From assembly GCA_905178155.1 (NCBI GenBank), contig CAJINV010000004.1, forward strand, positions 1,874,391 through 1,938,390: 64,000 nucleotides of DNA. Reading direction: 5' to 3'. The notes beneath the pieces were generated by a model. The model worked only from the letters and a program-made list of their open reading frames with translations, made no database searches and was not told the origin of the DNA. Position numbers and translations under genes: made by a program. Source of the stretch: Amoebophrya sp. A120 (lineage: Eukaryota; Protista; Dinoflagellata). Below are positions 44,725 to 58,046 of the stretch, piece after piece (within the stretch, counting starts at the first letter, position 1; every line of letters starts with the position of its first letter).

Positions 44725-47700
44725 TTACGATTTCAAACTCTGCGGTCTAGTAGTACTCGAGGCGGCGGCTGATGCACTCGCAGGTGGTTCTAGTACACCA
44801 CCTTCTTGCTGAGACTGAGAGTCACCAGCACCCGCATGATTGTTCTTCACCGGCAAAGCTCGTCCAGCGGAACTACAATCTGCGTTCCTCTCCGATCCGT
44901 TTCTTCGCGCAGATTGTCCAACGAGAACCTCATCATCCTCGGAACTGCTATTACCGCTGTAGTAGTTGTGGTCGTCACAAAGTTCTGGCTCGAAATCCTC
45001 GAAAACAGTGCTGCAGTCGTCCAGCCCCAAGCGCTTCAGCGCTTTGCCGCCCTTCAGCTGCCAAAGCATCAGCTCCACGCGGTCCGCGATCTGCTTAGCG
45101 GTCTCCGCGGCATGCTTTACCGAAGACAATTGCCCCCCGTCCTTCTCAAATATTCTGTGCAAAATTGCCTCGCGCTCGCAATAGTAAGTGAATTGCAATA
45201 CAACTGCAGGACAGACGTATCCGGTGTTGTAAGTAAGTTCACTATAATCAAATCCGCATTGCAAATGAAGCTTTTCATCCCGTTGCGAAAATCCCTTTGA
45301 TATTTTTGTGGCTGCAATTCTGAATTATAGCACGACGCTTTTCCAATGCATATCGAAGTCCTTCTTGAAAACTTGCTTCTCCAAGTCCAACTTACCGTCC
45401 GTTTCCAAACCAGCAATCAGATCCGCAAGTCGCGTGGGCACGCTGCCTGGTTTGGGTTTTTCTTTTTTCTTCTTGTTCATTACATATTTTCATTTATTTT
45501 GTGCGCTTATCCAATTGTATTGATGAAAAACGAAGTTCGTTGCTCGTTTTTTTTCGAGCAACTTTCGTACACTTGTCACCCGGTGCCGATTCATCTCTAG
45601 AAATTCAAATTTTCAATGTCACTATAAAAAATCACAAAAACGCACTAAAGTACGAAAGACTTAGCGACAGAAACCGTACCTGTGATCGGCTCCCCGGTAT
45701 TCGCATCGAACTCATCGACATACGCGCTGCAAGTATCACGTGCAAAAATCGATCTGGAGGGTCTGGAAAATTGTCGCGCCAATTTTTCGTGGATGATAAA
45801 AAACATAAGTGAGTACTACAAACAGCGAGGGCGCGTCGCGCCCTGTCTGTGACAGGGCGCGTTCATGATGTGGCGGCATAAAAAAGCTGTTTGTGATGTG
45901 GCGGCATAAAAAAGTTGTTTCATACGTCACCATTTGAAAGGATACGAAGTCGTGCAAAATAAATCTCCGTGGTTTCCAAATAGACCGTCCAGAGGTGGAG
46001 GGCATGATCAGATCGACTTTGCATAGCACGCGAAGTGTCGCAACAGCGCCAGCTCGGCGCGCACCCCGGTGAGCAGAGCTGTCGACGACGAGGATGATGT
46101 AGTACCATCTCGTCCTGTTCTGGTATGCATCGCCATAGGGTCGTCCTCGTCATCCGAGGGGGTGTCGGTTTGGGTTTGGCCCAGTCCCCCGTTGCCGTTC
46201 TTTGGACGATCGGCAAACCTGTCAACATGATCCGCTGTACTGCCAGCGGTTTGTTGCGTGTTCGGCGTTGCTGGCTGGAAGATGCTGTTCATCTGATGCT
46301 GTCCCCGGCTGTCTTCGTCTTTGATCGCAGAGAAATCCCCTCCGGCCGTTCGGCTCGGACTCGTCACGCCGACGTTGCTCCGCTGGGACGCCTATCCGGT
46401 GCAAAAATTGTCGCACTCTTCAACACTAAGACCAAGTTGCAGTCCTGCATGACAGATGTGTTTTTCATTTTCTGGCTAAACCAGCTATACAAACTATCTG
46501 CTTGATGCTGTTGAGCGAGTAGTTCTGTGCGATGCAATTCTTACCTGTTGTTGTACGATAATTTTACAATGCATACCGCCTGGCTGTCGGTCGGTCGGGG
46601 CCGCTGGTTCTGGGAAATACAAGGCTGAACAAGATTGTCCGGCGAATGGGGCCCGAGTGAGGGCACGGAGGCGGAGGACGCGGCGCCGCCAGCAGCACGG
46701 CCAGTTGTCGCGGTCCTCGCTTCGAAATCACGAATTTCATCCAAGCTGTCGTCCTCCGACCCAGCAAGTCCGAGCTGCGCCTCCTCCATAGCCGTCAGAA
46801 GCCACTGGTCCTCATCAGGATGGGAAGCTCTTGTACTTGAAGATGGCCTCAGGTTACCACCTCCGTCGTTCCCGTCACTGGCATAGTTGTGCGCACCACG
46901 ACTGGGAGAGCACAGCGAAACGCCGAACTTTTGCTCCAACGTGCTGAGGCGCAACCGGTAGTACGGGCGGACGTAGTCGATCAGCAGTCGCTGCTATCAA
47001 ATGCAAAAATGTCTGGTTCTAAAAGATTCTGAGACTTGTCATGCATGTTTTGCATGGGCCATGATGTCTGTGATGCATACCCTAGCATCACAGATTTTTT
47101 GAGGGCTTCGCGATGCCTGTTCCGCATGACAAATGCCCTCTCCGCGTAGCAAAAATTAGACTCCCTTTGCTGCTCATGCAATACAGATTTTTTTGAAATC
47201 CAAATTCAGCATCACAAGTTGCATTCTTGCCGACCCAGACATTTTTGCATTTGATAGCTGCTGAAGGAAGCTAAAAATGCTGGCCGCGATCGGCCCGAGG
47301 TGCATGTCCAGGAGGCAGAGGCGAAACAGCGAAGCGACGGTTGTGAAAGGCGGGGAGCCAGGAGGGGTCGTTGCAGGAGCTGCAGTAGCAGCTACCACCG
47401 GCGCGCCACCATTTAGTTGATGTCCGCCACCTACACTACCTGTAGTACTTGTACCTCCTCCGCCGCCGCCCGCGCCGGCGTCGAGCGCCAGTGTCAGCAT
47501 GAACTTCGCCACGTCCGGCAAATGCAACTGCACGGTGGCTTGCAGCGCTCCCCACGCCGCCTCGTCAACGAGCGCACCATCGTCAAACCGCCCCGTGCAG
47601 AGCATGCACACGGCAATGTACAGAGCAACGTCCTCGCCAGAAGCGATATCTATGTAGATTTGTTTTGTGATATACTGAAGTCAGAAACGAAGAAGATGAA

Positions 47701-50569
47701 CTTGAACAACAGATCGGAGGTGTAGCAGAAGTGTTTGGCAACCTGTAAAAGTACTTCCTACCTTCATGCTGTATCGAAATTTTATCATTATCGTCACACG
47801 TACCTACCAAAAGATACTCGTTGTACATACTTAAATGCGGTAGATTACCTGGAACCGCGTAGTTGTTCGCACTTGCTTGGGCGGTCCTGAGTCCCGTGGC
47901 GAAGAAAGCCAGCGCGGACTCGTAGCGGTGCTGGCAGAGTTGCGCAATGCCAGCAGCCACGCAACAATCGTAACTGGCAGCGTATCTGAATTTTCGGTTC
48001 GGTAACAGCAGCAGTGATGTAGTTGTTGGCAACACCGTGGTGCCGGAATGATCTCCTGGCGCTCCCGCCGCGCTGGTCAAAAGTGCTGTTGCTCCACCGT
48101 CCCTATGCAGCTGGTCTTGCTGGTGCAACATCAACCCGCCAGAGCTACTACTTCCTGCTCGTCCACCTGGACCTCCCGTGGCGAACGCTGAGCCTCCTCC
48201 AGGTGGATGCTGCAACATCATTCCGGCGGCTGCGGTCGTCGAACCCGGACCCGAAGAATGGTCCACCTGAGACGTGGTCGTCGGCCCGATGTTCAGGATG
48301 GCCGCGACCTCGGCGTACTTCCCCATCCACAGGCCCACACTGATCAACTTCAACAAGGACTCACTCACGATTCCATAGCTGCTATCCATGGAGGTGCTGG
48401 CGCTCTGCTGCAGCAGCAAAGCCTGGTGCTCGTCCTGGTGACTCGTTGCACTCAGCAACAGCTGCGCGCTCATGTTGTTAGCCAGCGTGGTGTTTATTGC
48501 GTTCGAACTCGCTGAGAAGCCACCGCCAGAAGAACCTGCTGCGCTATGTTGAAAGGGCTGCACGAGGCGGTGGAGGGAGCGGATATGGATGTGTCAGGTT
48601 TGAAATCGTCAAAGTTGAAATAGTTTGTCATGCATAAAACGGATACCAGTTAGACCTCCAGTTTGTAGTCGGTGCATGACAAATTTTTCCGGTCCTGGAA
48701 GCGAGTCTGTCATGCGGTTTAGGGCAAAAGAGGCGCCTTCTGTCATGCTAGTCAGCAGTCCAACTTTTGACCCTTACCAGGACTACAATCTGCCTCCCGT
48801 GCGTCCTCTGCAATAGAGTCACTTTTTGCGTCGCATTTTATGCATGACAAATCATTTCAACTTTGACGATTTCAATCCTGACAGTTCCATAGCGGAACGC
48901 GGTTTCGTAGTCGCCAAACGCGATTAGCTGATCAATCTGCCTTATCAAATGTAAAAATGTCTGGGTCTGGGAACTTGTGATGCTGGGTAGCGTCTCATGA
49001 TGAGGCTACAAATGCTGGGTCAGCATGACAAGTTTCTGTGCTCTTAGATGTTGCCTATTCTGCATGACAAACTGCGCTTCGGCATCACAGAAAAGCGGAG
49101 CTCTTGGGTAACGTGCATGAAAGATTTAAGACTCATGCCAGACAAGCATGACAAACACGAACTCTTCCAGACCCAGACATTTTTACAGTTGATATGCCTC
49201 GTCGTGCTGCTGGAGTTTTGCCGGTCAACATTCATTGCAGCGATACTTCTGGATGATGAAGCTGCTGCGGCGCGCGGAGGTGCGTATGCAGTGAAAAAGT
49301 ACTTCTAGATCGTACTGGCATACACTCATCAGATGATGAAATAAAGCCTCTATTTTCATAAAAAAGGAACAACGCAACTTGTCATGTTGTGGTTGTGGTT
49401 GTGCCGATGTAATTGCAGCCTGTTAATAAAAATTTCAAGTTCTTTGTCACTCATGCGAGATTGCAAAAATTTATGCGACTAGCTATATACGATACTTTTC
49501 TCATTCGTAGCGTGGCACTCCTGTTGCGCGTCCCTGTTGTGCCCCCGAAGCTACTGGTTCCGCTCACCGCATCCGCTAAGTGGTTCCGGGTATTCTCGTA
49601 TGGATTGCAAATCAATCATATGGCCCCCGGGTCTGAAACAGTAGAACAATAGATAAACAAGTTCCACTACAGAGCCACGAATGACATCAAGTGTTTCTAC
49701 TGCGCCGCGACTACATCTTCGTGCACAACTAGTACTAGTGGATGAAACCGCATTATAGAAGTTGTCGCATACTTATTTTTCTCGGACAAACAAATGGGAG
49801 TGTAGCGGAAGCAGGTGCATGACACTCCTTTCACTTCTATCTTGATCTTGTCAGCCAAGCATGACAAAGAATCTTTTATACAAATTTACTCTTGCAGGCC
49901 CAGAGTCAGAGATTCAGTTCGACGCATTGGTTATCTCGTCCGCCTTGTCCCGGTCCACCCGTTGGGCCCAGGTCGCATACCCGTCGACGACATTTTTTAA
50001 GTCTACGCCCGCGGTGTTGTATTTGGTGCAGAGCTTTTCGAACAGCTGCACGTTCTTCGTCCCATTTACCAGAATCCGCGCCAGCAGCTCCGCGGCCTGC
50101 TGGAGGTAGGACTCCGGGTAGAGCAGGTTCCGCGTTTGTATCAAAAGGAAAAATCCCCCCTCCCCATATCGAAAAGGTACGGCTCAGAAGATTTGCAATG
50201 CTGATTTGTGGCCACAAATCGTCTCTGTCTTGCAAGAACGCAACCCCGCAGGCTCCGCTGCATTCTGCAGGCGGTTTGTCATGCTGCTGTCCCTACAGAG
50301 TAGACCTTTGCCATGCTCAGCGCCTAGCCTAAAACCTCGCTACTCAGGCTCAGCATAGGCCTGCAGTCCTCTCCAGCAAGACAAATCCGATTTGTGTACG
50401 CAAATCCAGCATCAGAAACTGCGTTTTGATATGGGGAGGGGGGATTTTTCCTTTTGATAGTTTGCTCCTCTTCGTTTTCGAAGTCGAGCACAACATGGGC
50501 GAGGCGATTCACCGCGCCGGAAGTCGTGTACTTCGCGGCCCAGCGGGCGTCGGGAGGAAAGGGGATCAT
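44725..50569 (-). CDS. CSN1: Divergent COP9 signalosome subunit 1 (CSN1/GPS1)-like PCI-domain protein
   Basis: Spliced segments resemble CSN1 motifs as I recall them: WAAKYTTSGAVNRL, GTKNVQLFEKL, IAFGDYETAFR, EDVALYIAVCML, LLDMHLGPIAASIFSFLQQRLLIDYVRPYYRLRLSTLEQKFG, LADLIAGLETDGKLDLEKQVF. Confidence 0.7.
45151..45352. mobile_element. Introner family B, degenerate
   Basis: TATTCTGTGCAAAA...TTTTCCAATGCATA; TSD TCAAA/TCGAA. Confidence 0.72.
46995..47256. mobile_element. Introner family A
   Basis: Family A TIRs; TSD GCTGC/GCTGC; restores FLQQ|RLLIDYV. Confidence 0.92.
48584..48891. mobile_element. Introner family I
   Basis: TIR TGTCAGG.TTGAAATCGTCAAAGTTGAAAT; TSD GCGGA/GCGGA. Confidence 0.9.
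48943..49194. mobile_element. Introner family A
   Basis: Family A TIRs; TSD TGCCT/TGCCT. Confidence 0.9.
49599..49933. mobile_element. Introner family A-like, degenerate
   Basis: TATGGATTGC...GCATTGGTTA; TSD TCTCG/TCTCG; removes the apparent in-frame TGA in CSN1. Confidence 0.72.
50139..50459. mobile_element. Introner family C
   Basis: Perfect ~30-bp TIR; TSD GTTTG/GTTTG. Confidence 0.92.
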
Positions 50570-51708
50570 GGCTTCATGTCGATCTTTATGCCTGTTCCCT
50601 TGGGCCTGGTGAGAGGTATCGTTCTGCTTGTTCACTTACCGTTTTGATGGTCGGGAACTAGTAGTAAACTACATCAACAATAAATATACCACTCCATGTA
50701 TTTTACGAAAAAAGAACCACCTTAACGCTTCTGAATTTAACTTGGCGTTCAGAGATGAAAGTCACTGAAAAAGACAGCAGAACAGGACAGAAAAGGTGAA
50801 TTCGCAAAAAAACCACACAAGCATAAATCACGCGACTTAATATTTTTACCGTACTACCCGTAACAAGTTCATCCGAAACCAGTATTTATGAAGTAATGAG
50901 GAGAAGCCAAATGGCAAGCCGCGATAGATGAGAGCAGGACAGGAGCAATTGGTGATCCGAGGTGGTGCAAGAAAACCACAATCTTTCTTCATCATCCAGA
51001 TCGACTTCGACGCGCACGTGAAGATCAGTTGTCGTGTGAGTATTACCTACGGAAATTATGAACACACCTTCGCATAAAGCATAATAACGACAGAAAAAGT
51101 GTACTCTTAATCGCCGATCAGGTCGTGTTGACCCGATCATATCATATTCGGCAGATATAAGAGGCGGAACTCTTTCATTCGATACTTTCTTCGATAGTGG
51201 TTCATCTATCATCTTCTTCCCCCCAAAAGTATTGTTGTCGTGCGTGTCGCTGTATTCATAAGACTAAGACTTGGTATAATCAAAAAGATCGTTCATCTTG
51301 ATCACTTCGTTCACTTGTTTCACTGGCGTAGGTTCGTCAGATATCCTCTTGCAGCTCTTGTCACGTCCTTTTATCGAAAATGGCCTGCTGCGTCGGTCTC
51401 GGTGTACTTCTTGTTTCACCAAGGTGCAAATCGTGAAGCTAAAATTTATCTACGCTACTGTAGTACTCGTCTCGGTGTAGTACTTGCTTTTGTCGCTAGA
51501 CTGTAATTAGAAGGTGTACTGGTCGCCTGCCGCGACGGTGGCTGTCGCACGGTAAAAAATCCGAACCTCTTCTTGTTTCGCTATCATGTCGCCCGCTTAC
51601 AACTTCTACCTGCACGGAGTTCTGGAGGTACAACTTCGACATTCATGCTGCGCCGGAAAAAAAAAGCGCCGCAGTGAGTTCGTACAATGGTCGTGTGCAG
51701 CAGCTTTT

Positions 51709-54700
51709 TCATGCCGCCGGGTATCAAATGTAAAAATGTCTGGGTCTGGAAACTTGTAAGTAATGCTGCGTTGGGAATAGTGAATGTTCTGTAATGCACA
51801 GGCAAGCTTGAGAAGTATCTGCGCTTCTTTGTGTTGCGTTTTTCGCATGACAAACTGCGTTTTTGCATGACAGGCAAAAGGGTCTCTTCTTGCTGGACAC
51901 GCATCACAACCTTTTCGGTCATGCCAAACAGGCATGACAAATCTCAAAATCTTCCAGACCCAGACATTTTTGCATTTGATACCGGGGGTCCCTTGCTGGT
52001 TCCAACCCTGGCCGCCCGCAACATCCGGTCCTTCAACTTATCCTGAGTAAAAACGTCCCCACGCCAGAGTTGTCATGCAGATTTGCCATGACAGACACGT
52101 TTGTTATGCGCAACCCCATGACAGGCATTTTCAATCGTGTTTGGGAACTTGTCATGCTGTAAACAGGATCAGCAGATCGATTTGTGATGCGGCTTTCCTT
52201 GCTAACTTGCACTACCTTACGGACTGAAACTTGTCATGCGTGACTCCCAAAACTTCTAGGTTTGTGTTGCAAAATCCCCATCTTGACTCTAGTGTGGGGA
52301 CGTTTTTAATCAGGATACAACTTCCTGTATCATCATGGAAAAATTTCTGTGCAGATCACACTGACTCAAACCTTTGCGACTTGGAAAGTTCTATGCAGAA
52401 TCCGTATTTCGATTTGCAGCAACTGCAAGTACGTAGTTCTACCACATAATTACTCACCTGCTCGGTAGAAGTAAGTACTTTCATCTGTACATACACATGG
52501 GTCCAGGCAGCTGTGAACGCCCTGTTGCTCGTCCTTGTCGTTAGCGTTACTCGCGTCATGTCAAAACTTCGCGTGGCGCTCGTCTTCGGAACTATTTCTA
52601 CTTTAGTCTCGTCTTCGATACTAGCAGTCTGGTCGAGCTAGCATTAGCAGTAGCTCCAGATTCAAATTGCAAACAAATCGATACAAATTATTCACAAATA
52701 GATTTATAGGTGTGTCTGCCACGCTGTTGAGAGAGGGTTGCTTCAGTTCCGTATCCACCCATTTTGCATCACGTGCACCACGGTATCTTTGGGCTGCTCA
52801 CTATCCAGCTGGAACATGGCCTCGTGGAAATTGGGGTCAAACTTCTCGTTCATCGGATTTAGCTTCGCAATGCCGTACTTCTCCAAGGTTTTCAACAGAA
52901 TTATGCAATTGTTCTCAATCGCTCTAGTTGCATGGACATCTCTTTGCATGATCTTACTTTCTGTTGGTTTGTGATGCAAGAATCAGCAAAGGCAAAATCA
53001 GATGGAGCTTGTTACGCTGTTCCACTTCACGTTTCCCACGCATTTGTTCGTTGCTTTTTAGCGTGCTGTGGTTGCGAATTTTATTAGTTGTCAACATGCA
53101 AGCCAGCGTGGTCATCTTCATGCAGAACGAAGCTGATAGAGGCTCCTTTGTACGACAACTCAGCTCAACACAATGATACAGCAGATGTCCATGGAACTAG
53201 CTTGGAGATTACACCGCCATAAGAATGTCGTCCGTGAGTTTCACGCCCTCGTACAGTTTCTTCAGAGACTCCTCGGCACTCGTGGGTGTTAAACTATCCT
53301 ACAGAAAAAATAAAAAGGTACACCCATGCTCGCGGGAAAAAATAAACTTGCCATGCAGTTTTTTGTGTCACAAAAGCAATAACAAATTTCTTGGAATCCT
53401 TTCCCTTTGATGTCATGCTAGTCCGCATTACATTCAACATTCTCCAACGTCGTAGAATGGCAGATGATTTTTGCCTTTCTTGTGGAAGATCCTCATCACA
53501 GAGCTCTTTGTGACAGAAAAACTACGGCATCAGCAATTTTTTCCGGTACTATGGATGTACTTTAGTCCTGTAGAATATGATCCCCCATCGGTGGTACTAG
53601 CAGTCGCGCTTCCAGCGTCGCCTTGCTCCGGTACCTGAAGTGCTTTCAATTCGTATAAAGAATGTGGCACTTCAAGTAGAAGACCAGCAACAGAGGACAT
53701 AATAAAAGTTCATGGGCAAATGTAGTTTTCTCGTGTCGTCTGCTGCTTCAACGCTTTTTCAAACCAAAATTTTCTCGTGTCGTCTGGTCGAGCGATGATG
53801 TAATTAAATAACATCTCCTGCAGAACAGACAAGTATTAAACAACGCATCTTAAAAAGCGTTGCCTGTTCGCGTCGTCCTGTGCAATTGATTCATTTTCTA
53901 GATTCACATTCTTATCTAGCACTATACCGTTTCCAGAGCCCGCTGCAAGTTGTCCGCGACCTCGACGATATCTTTTGCAAACTTCGATATCGCGTAGTCT
54001 TTGGCCTGCTGGACTTCCAGCACCTGCCGCTTCCGGATGTTCTCTGCGTCCGCCATTTGGTACCGGATATCCTGTGCAAAAGTATCGCACTCGTAGATAG
54101 TATATTGCAGTCATGCATTACAAATCTTTTTCTTAAGGTAAATCCGCATTGCAAATTTTTTTTTTCATGCTGGGGAAATTTGTAATGCATTTATACGAGT
54201 ACGATGCTTTTGCAATTCATACCGGAGTTTTGACAGCAAGTCGTCATTCTTCTCCTCCTATGCACTACAAACGTAAAAATGCCTCGACCAGGTGGAATAA
54301 CGATTACGATGTCAAGCGCGACTCACAAGGTCACGTATGCATCCGACCGGAGTACTATGAGATGCTTGCCTTGCAAGGGCTTTTTGAAGTAGATACGTCT
54401 CTATTTCGTGAATGACGAGAAACGCCCTCTTCCCGTCTATGCGACAAAAAAGTATACCGAAAGCGTAAGCAGAAGAACTTTCTTAGTCAAGGTACTAGGC
54501 CGAGGTGGCGTAGCAACACAAAGATTATCCCACACCAAGACATTTTTCTTTGCGGTTGATACCTTCAGCTCTTCGTTCTGGGTCTCCAAGTCCGAAATTA
54601 GCTGCGCATTGTTGTCCGTCCCTGATGTTGCGGCGGACGTGTCCGCGCTAGTAGTACCACCTTCTGCTGCTGCACCCGCTTGAGACCCTGAAGGAGAAGG

Positions 54701-55516
54701 TGGGAGTGCACCTTGTGACATAATTCTCTTTTTCTGCAGGTATGCCAAACTACGTGCTGGTGCTTACAAGTTAAATAAAAATTTATCATGCGGGGAAAGC
54801 CACCAATGCATCACCACAGACATGCAGCCTGCACGAACAGGCGCAAAGGGCGTGACAACACGACACCGATACAAGATAAAAATTTGCAGCATCGTCGATT
54901 TTCGAATGCTGTCCTACGATCGTGATCTTGTTTTTATGTACCTTCTTTAGTTGCTTCTCCAGCCGTTGCGGTTGCCATTTGTTCCTCGCCTGGATTTGGC
55001 GCGGCGGCCGACATCGCCGCTTGCGAAAAGGACCTGAGCAGCGTATGATTGGGAATCCCCTATGTGTATGATTATTATCATTATTTATCATGTTAAACAA
55101 GCTTGTAAGTAGACTCGAGGTCGAGCAAAACGGATGCTGTGTAAAATTAGCGTCATTGTGGGGTTTTTGCTTCACACCGTTTTAGTCGTGTCTGCTGCTG
55201 AATATGCATGCAGTTGTCGTTGTGCAAGAAAGCAGAACAACGAAAGGAAAATAAACAAGTACCGCTTCTGCCTGGACACCGCAGTTCTCGCCGGGAGACG
55301 ATTCTTACTGCCATTATTTTGCAATCCGCCTAACGCCTGACTTGATCTCGTACAACTTGAGAGGCCCCCGATAGTGCTGAAACTGCGATTTGCCGCATTG
55401 CTCCATGGGGCAATGATCTCCTGTGTCCGTGAAGATGCTCCTGATCTGCTTACCGCCGGCGCAAACCGCCTTCCGCTGATTCGCATCAAAGAAGAGCTCA
55501 GAGCCGCGGCGGCCAT
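51709..55516 (-). CDS. grpE: Mitochondrial GrpE nucleotide-exchange factor (Mge1/GRPEL) with transit peptide
   Basis: S/R-rich presequence from ATG 55516; LRYQMADAENIRKR, YAISKFAKDIVEVADNLQRALE, LYEGVKLTDDILLKTLEKYG, EKFDPNFHEAMF, VMQNGWKLKDRMLRAARVG; stop 51709-51711. Confidence 0.92.
51722..51981. mobile_element. Introner family A in grpE
   Basis: Family A TIRs; TSD CCGGG/CCGGG. Confidence 0.92.
52039..52317. mobile_element. Introner family G in grpE
   Basis: Family G TIRs; TSD CAACT/CAACT. Confidence 0.92.
52902..53221. mobile_element. Introner (E-like, degenerate) in grpE
   Basis: TAT...ATA; TSD AGAAT/AGAAT; restores DDIL|LKTLEKYG. Confidence 0.8.
54068..54221. mobile_element. Introner family B in grpE
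   Basis: Family B TIRs; TSD CCGGA/CCGGA. Confidence 0.9.
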
Positions 55517-56871
55517 GCTGTCTACTTTTCGGGTTGTGGTGAGTGCGAGACACGCAGAGGTGTACAATGGCCGGGCTGAGTTGTAGCAACGCCAGCAGTT
55601 CCTCGTCTTGTGCACAAGAGAGTAAGTTTCGATTGTTCGTGGTGTGAAACACAAAAACTAAGAGGTAAAAGGCTGACACCAATAGCGTAAGGATGATAGA
55701 TCTAGGTCGTAGCGAAAAGCATACTTACCAGGACTGTGAAATTGCAGGGAAAACACAGATCACATCCCTTCGAGACGTACCGATTGTTAAATCATGAAGC
55801 TTTTTGATCCCAAAATAATACCAGATTGATAAAAATGCCAGAAAAGAGAAAGATTGATCTGTGTGTCGTTTACAACATCGACTTCATGGTGATTCACGAC
55901 GTTGACGTTCGCTATACATCGAAAACAACAAACAGCGCAGGGTCATAATTTTTTTTTCCGAAAAGCGCATGATCGTCTTCGTGATCGAGTCAGTGCTTGC
56001 ACTAGAACACACACTACACTAAGGATGTCACGCCTGTCGATCAATCATCTTCTTCGCAGTGACGCTTTACCACGACCGCAACAAAATTACAAATCGATCC
56101 AATATCCTCGACAGCGCAAAAGTATGAAGATCCGTTTACGAGTTTACGTCTCGTCTGCACTTGCTGAGGCCGAGTGCGTCATGTATCTCGTCGTCTGTGC
56201 TGACCTTGGTTCCAAACAGAGACCGGGAAGTCCGGGACCCTCCTTCACAGCATTGCGATTACATGCAAGCATTGCTCCAGAATAGGGCCACCAGTACATT
56301 AAAAAAACTTGCTCAAGAAACCGACGCATCGCCGCAATCGCACGTTTTATTTCAACTGCTTTTCGTAGACAACCAATGAAAAATTACGCGCCGCTTAACT
56401 CTCTTTCCCTCTCACATTCTGTGCGCAAGGAACAGAACCTGTTCGCAATGACAGGGTACAAATTGGTCCGACGCGGCATTGGGGTCCGCGTGCGAAAGCA
56501 AACTGCTCTGATTTTTCTATATCCGTTTTTGAAACAATGGTTCGACCACAGTCCTCTTCCTAAGACGGACAAGTCATGAATCACGCGGGAACTATGGAGG
56601 ATGCTCCACTTGCTCTACCGCGGGCCCAACAGCCAGAACGTGCAAAATAAACCTGCTACAACGACCACTGTGTGCACAGCGTCACAACCTCAGGTCACAG
56701 GATTTTTCGTTGGTCGACCGAGGGACTTGCACTTCTAAAGATGCGATTAGTAGAATTTTTGCCAGCTACACAACTCAAGCAAGGTGCTTCAGAAGTAAAA
56801 GATGGCGATCCACCATTCAACTGTCCACATTAGTTGACATGCCAGTCAGTTGTTTCACCGTTGTCCTCGAT

Positions 56872-58046
56872 TTACTTGTAGAGGGACTTGGCCTTGGCCA
56901 AGAAGGCCTTGCCCTTAGCGGTCGCGCCACCAACCGGGACGAACCCCTTGATTCCCAGAGCCTTGCGGGCCTTGCTGACAGCTATGGAGTTCTCAAAAAT
57001 TACAGTGTTCGCTGCTGCATGCTTTTATGATACGCGAGAAGCAAAAGTTGAATGGAAGAGTTTGCCCGTCTCGCATCACAAGTTTGGCGCAGATTTCCGC
57101 GCTGTTCAGCGCTCCAGAAAATTGTCATGCGAACTAAATTGATCATGTGGAGCTGGGGACTGTGACTCATACTGCCACTAATTTTGCATAACAAATCATG
57201 CAACAGCAACCCATGTAACGCTTGAGAGTTCCATAACGGCGACAGTCCATTTGGAGATGTTCTTGAAGGCCTTCTTGCCCTGAGCCGAGAAGTATCAAAT
57301 GCCATATATGTCTGCATCTGGAAGTGGGAACAAGGAGGGGCCATCAAAACTTATGTATGAGATTGAGAGTGAGAAACTGAAAGCAGAATGCAGCTGCACA
57401 TGAGAAATCTTTTAGCGACTACAGATATAGTGCGCAGCGCCCATGCGCAATTCCAATTGCGCTCTTGCATTTCAACGACGCAATGCTGATGCTACAGCTA
57501 CTCCGCGATATGCATGACAGCCTTCTCCCAAAAGCGTGGCACTTAAACAAACCTAATTATTCAACTTTCCAGATCCAGAGCAGTGTGCAGTTGATAAAGC
57601 CTTGGCGGACACGATTTTGCCGGACTTGTTCTTCTTCAAGTCGGACCTCTTCAACCCACTGGTGGTCTTCAGCTTGGTGCCCTTGAAGACGGAGACCTTG
57701 GCGCGCTTGCCCTTCGCGATGACAGACTTCTTCATGGCCATCTTCTTCATCACCATCTGTGCGGATATTATTTGCGATTGATTGAAATCATCATACGAGA
57801 TGATAAATATGTGGTTTGTTGGTCTCGAGCAGGAACATCACAACGTCACCATCTTGTTAGAAGTAAGAAATATGCTCGCAGTGTGATAACCAGCACCTTT
57901 TTAGTAGCAATGGCAATCAACATCAAGAAACAACATCACATAAAAAAAAATGCGTATTGCACAAGAGGAAGCACACGCAAAGCCTGTACCTTCATGGCCA
58001 TCATTTTGGCCATCTTCATGGACATCATCTTCATCATTTTGGCCAT
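56872..58046 (-). CDS. DVNP: Dinoflagellate/viral nucleoprotein
   Basis: Exons 58046-57990, 57756-~57598, ~57288-57237, ~56978-56872 give MAKMMKMM...SVIAKGKRAKVSVFKGTKLKTTSGLKRSDLKKNKSGKIVSAKASAQGKKAFKNISKWTVAVSKARKALGIKGFVPVGG...AKAKSLYK*, matching the DVNP consensus. Confidence 0.93.
56983..57235. mobile_element. Introner family E in DVNP
   Basis: TATGGAGTTCTCAA...TTGAGAGTTCCATA; TSD ACAGC/ACGGC. Confidence 0.85.
57293..57596. mobile_element. Introner family A-like in DVNP
   Basis: TATCAAATGC..TCTG.ATCTGGAA...TTCCAGATCCAGA..GCAGTTGATA; TSD heavily diverged; frame restored with a 5-nt (not 3-nt) offset. Confidence 0.8.

Noticed and set aside
44725-45480. Separate gene starting MNKKKKEK
   Set aside because: The sequence resembles the end of the PCI domain and C-terminal helix and can be joined in frame to upstream CSN1-like exons.
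49914-49916. In-frame TGA in CSN1 as recoding or an alternative genetic code
   Set aside because: It falls within the degenerate introner 49599-49933 (TSD TCTCG); removal restores the frame.
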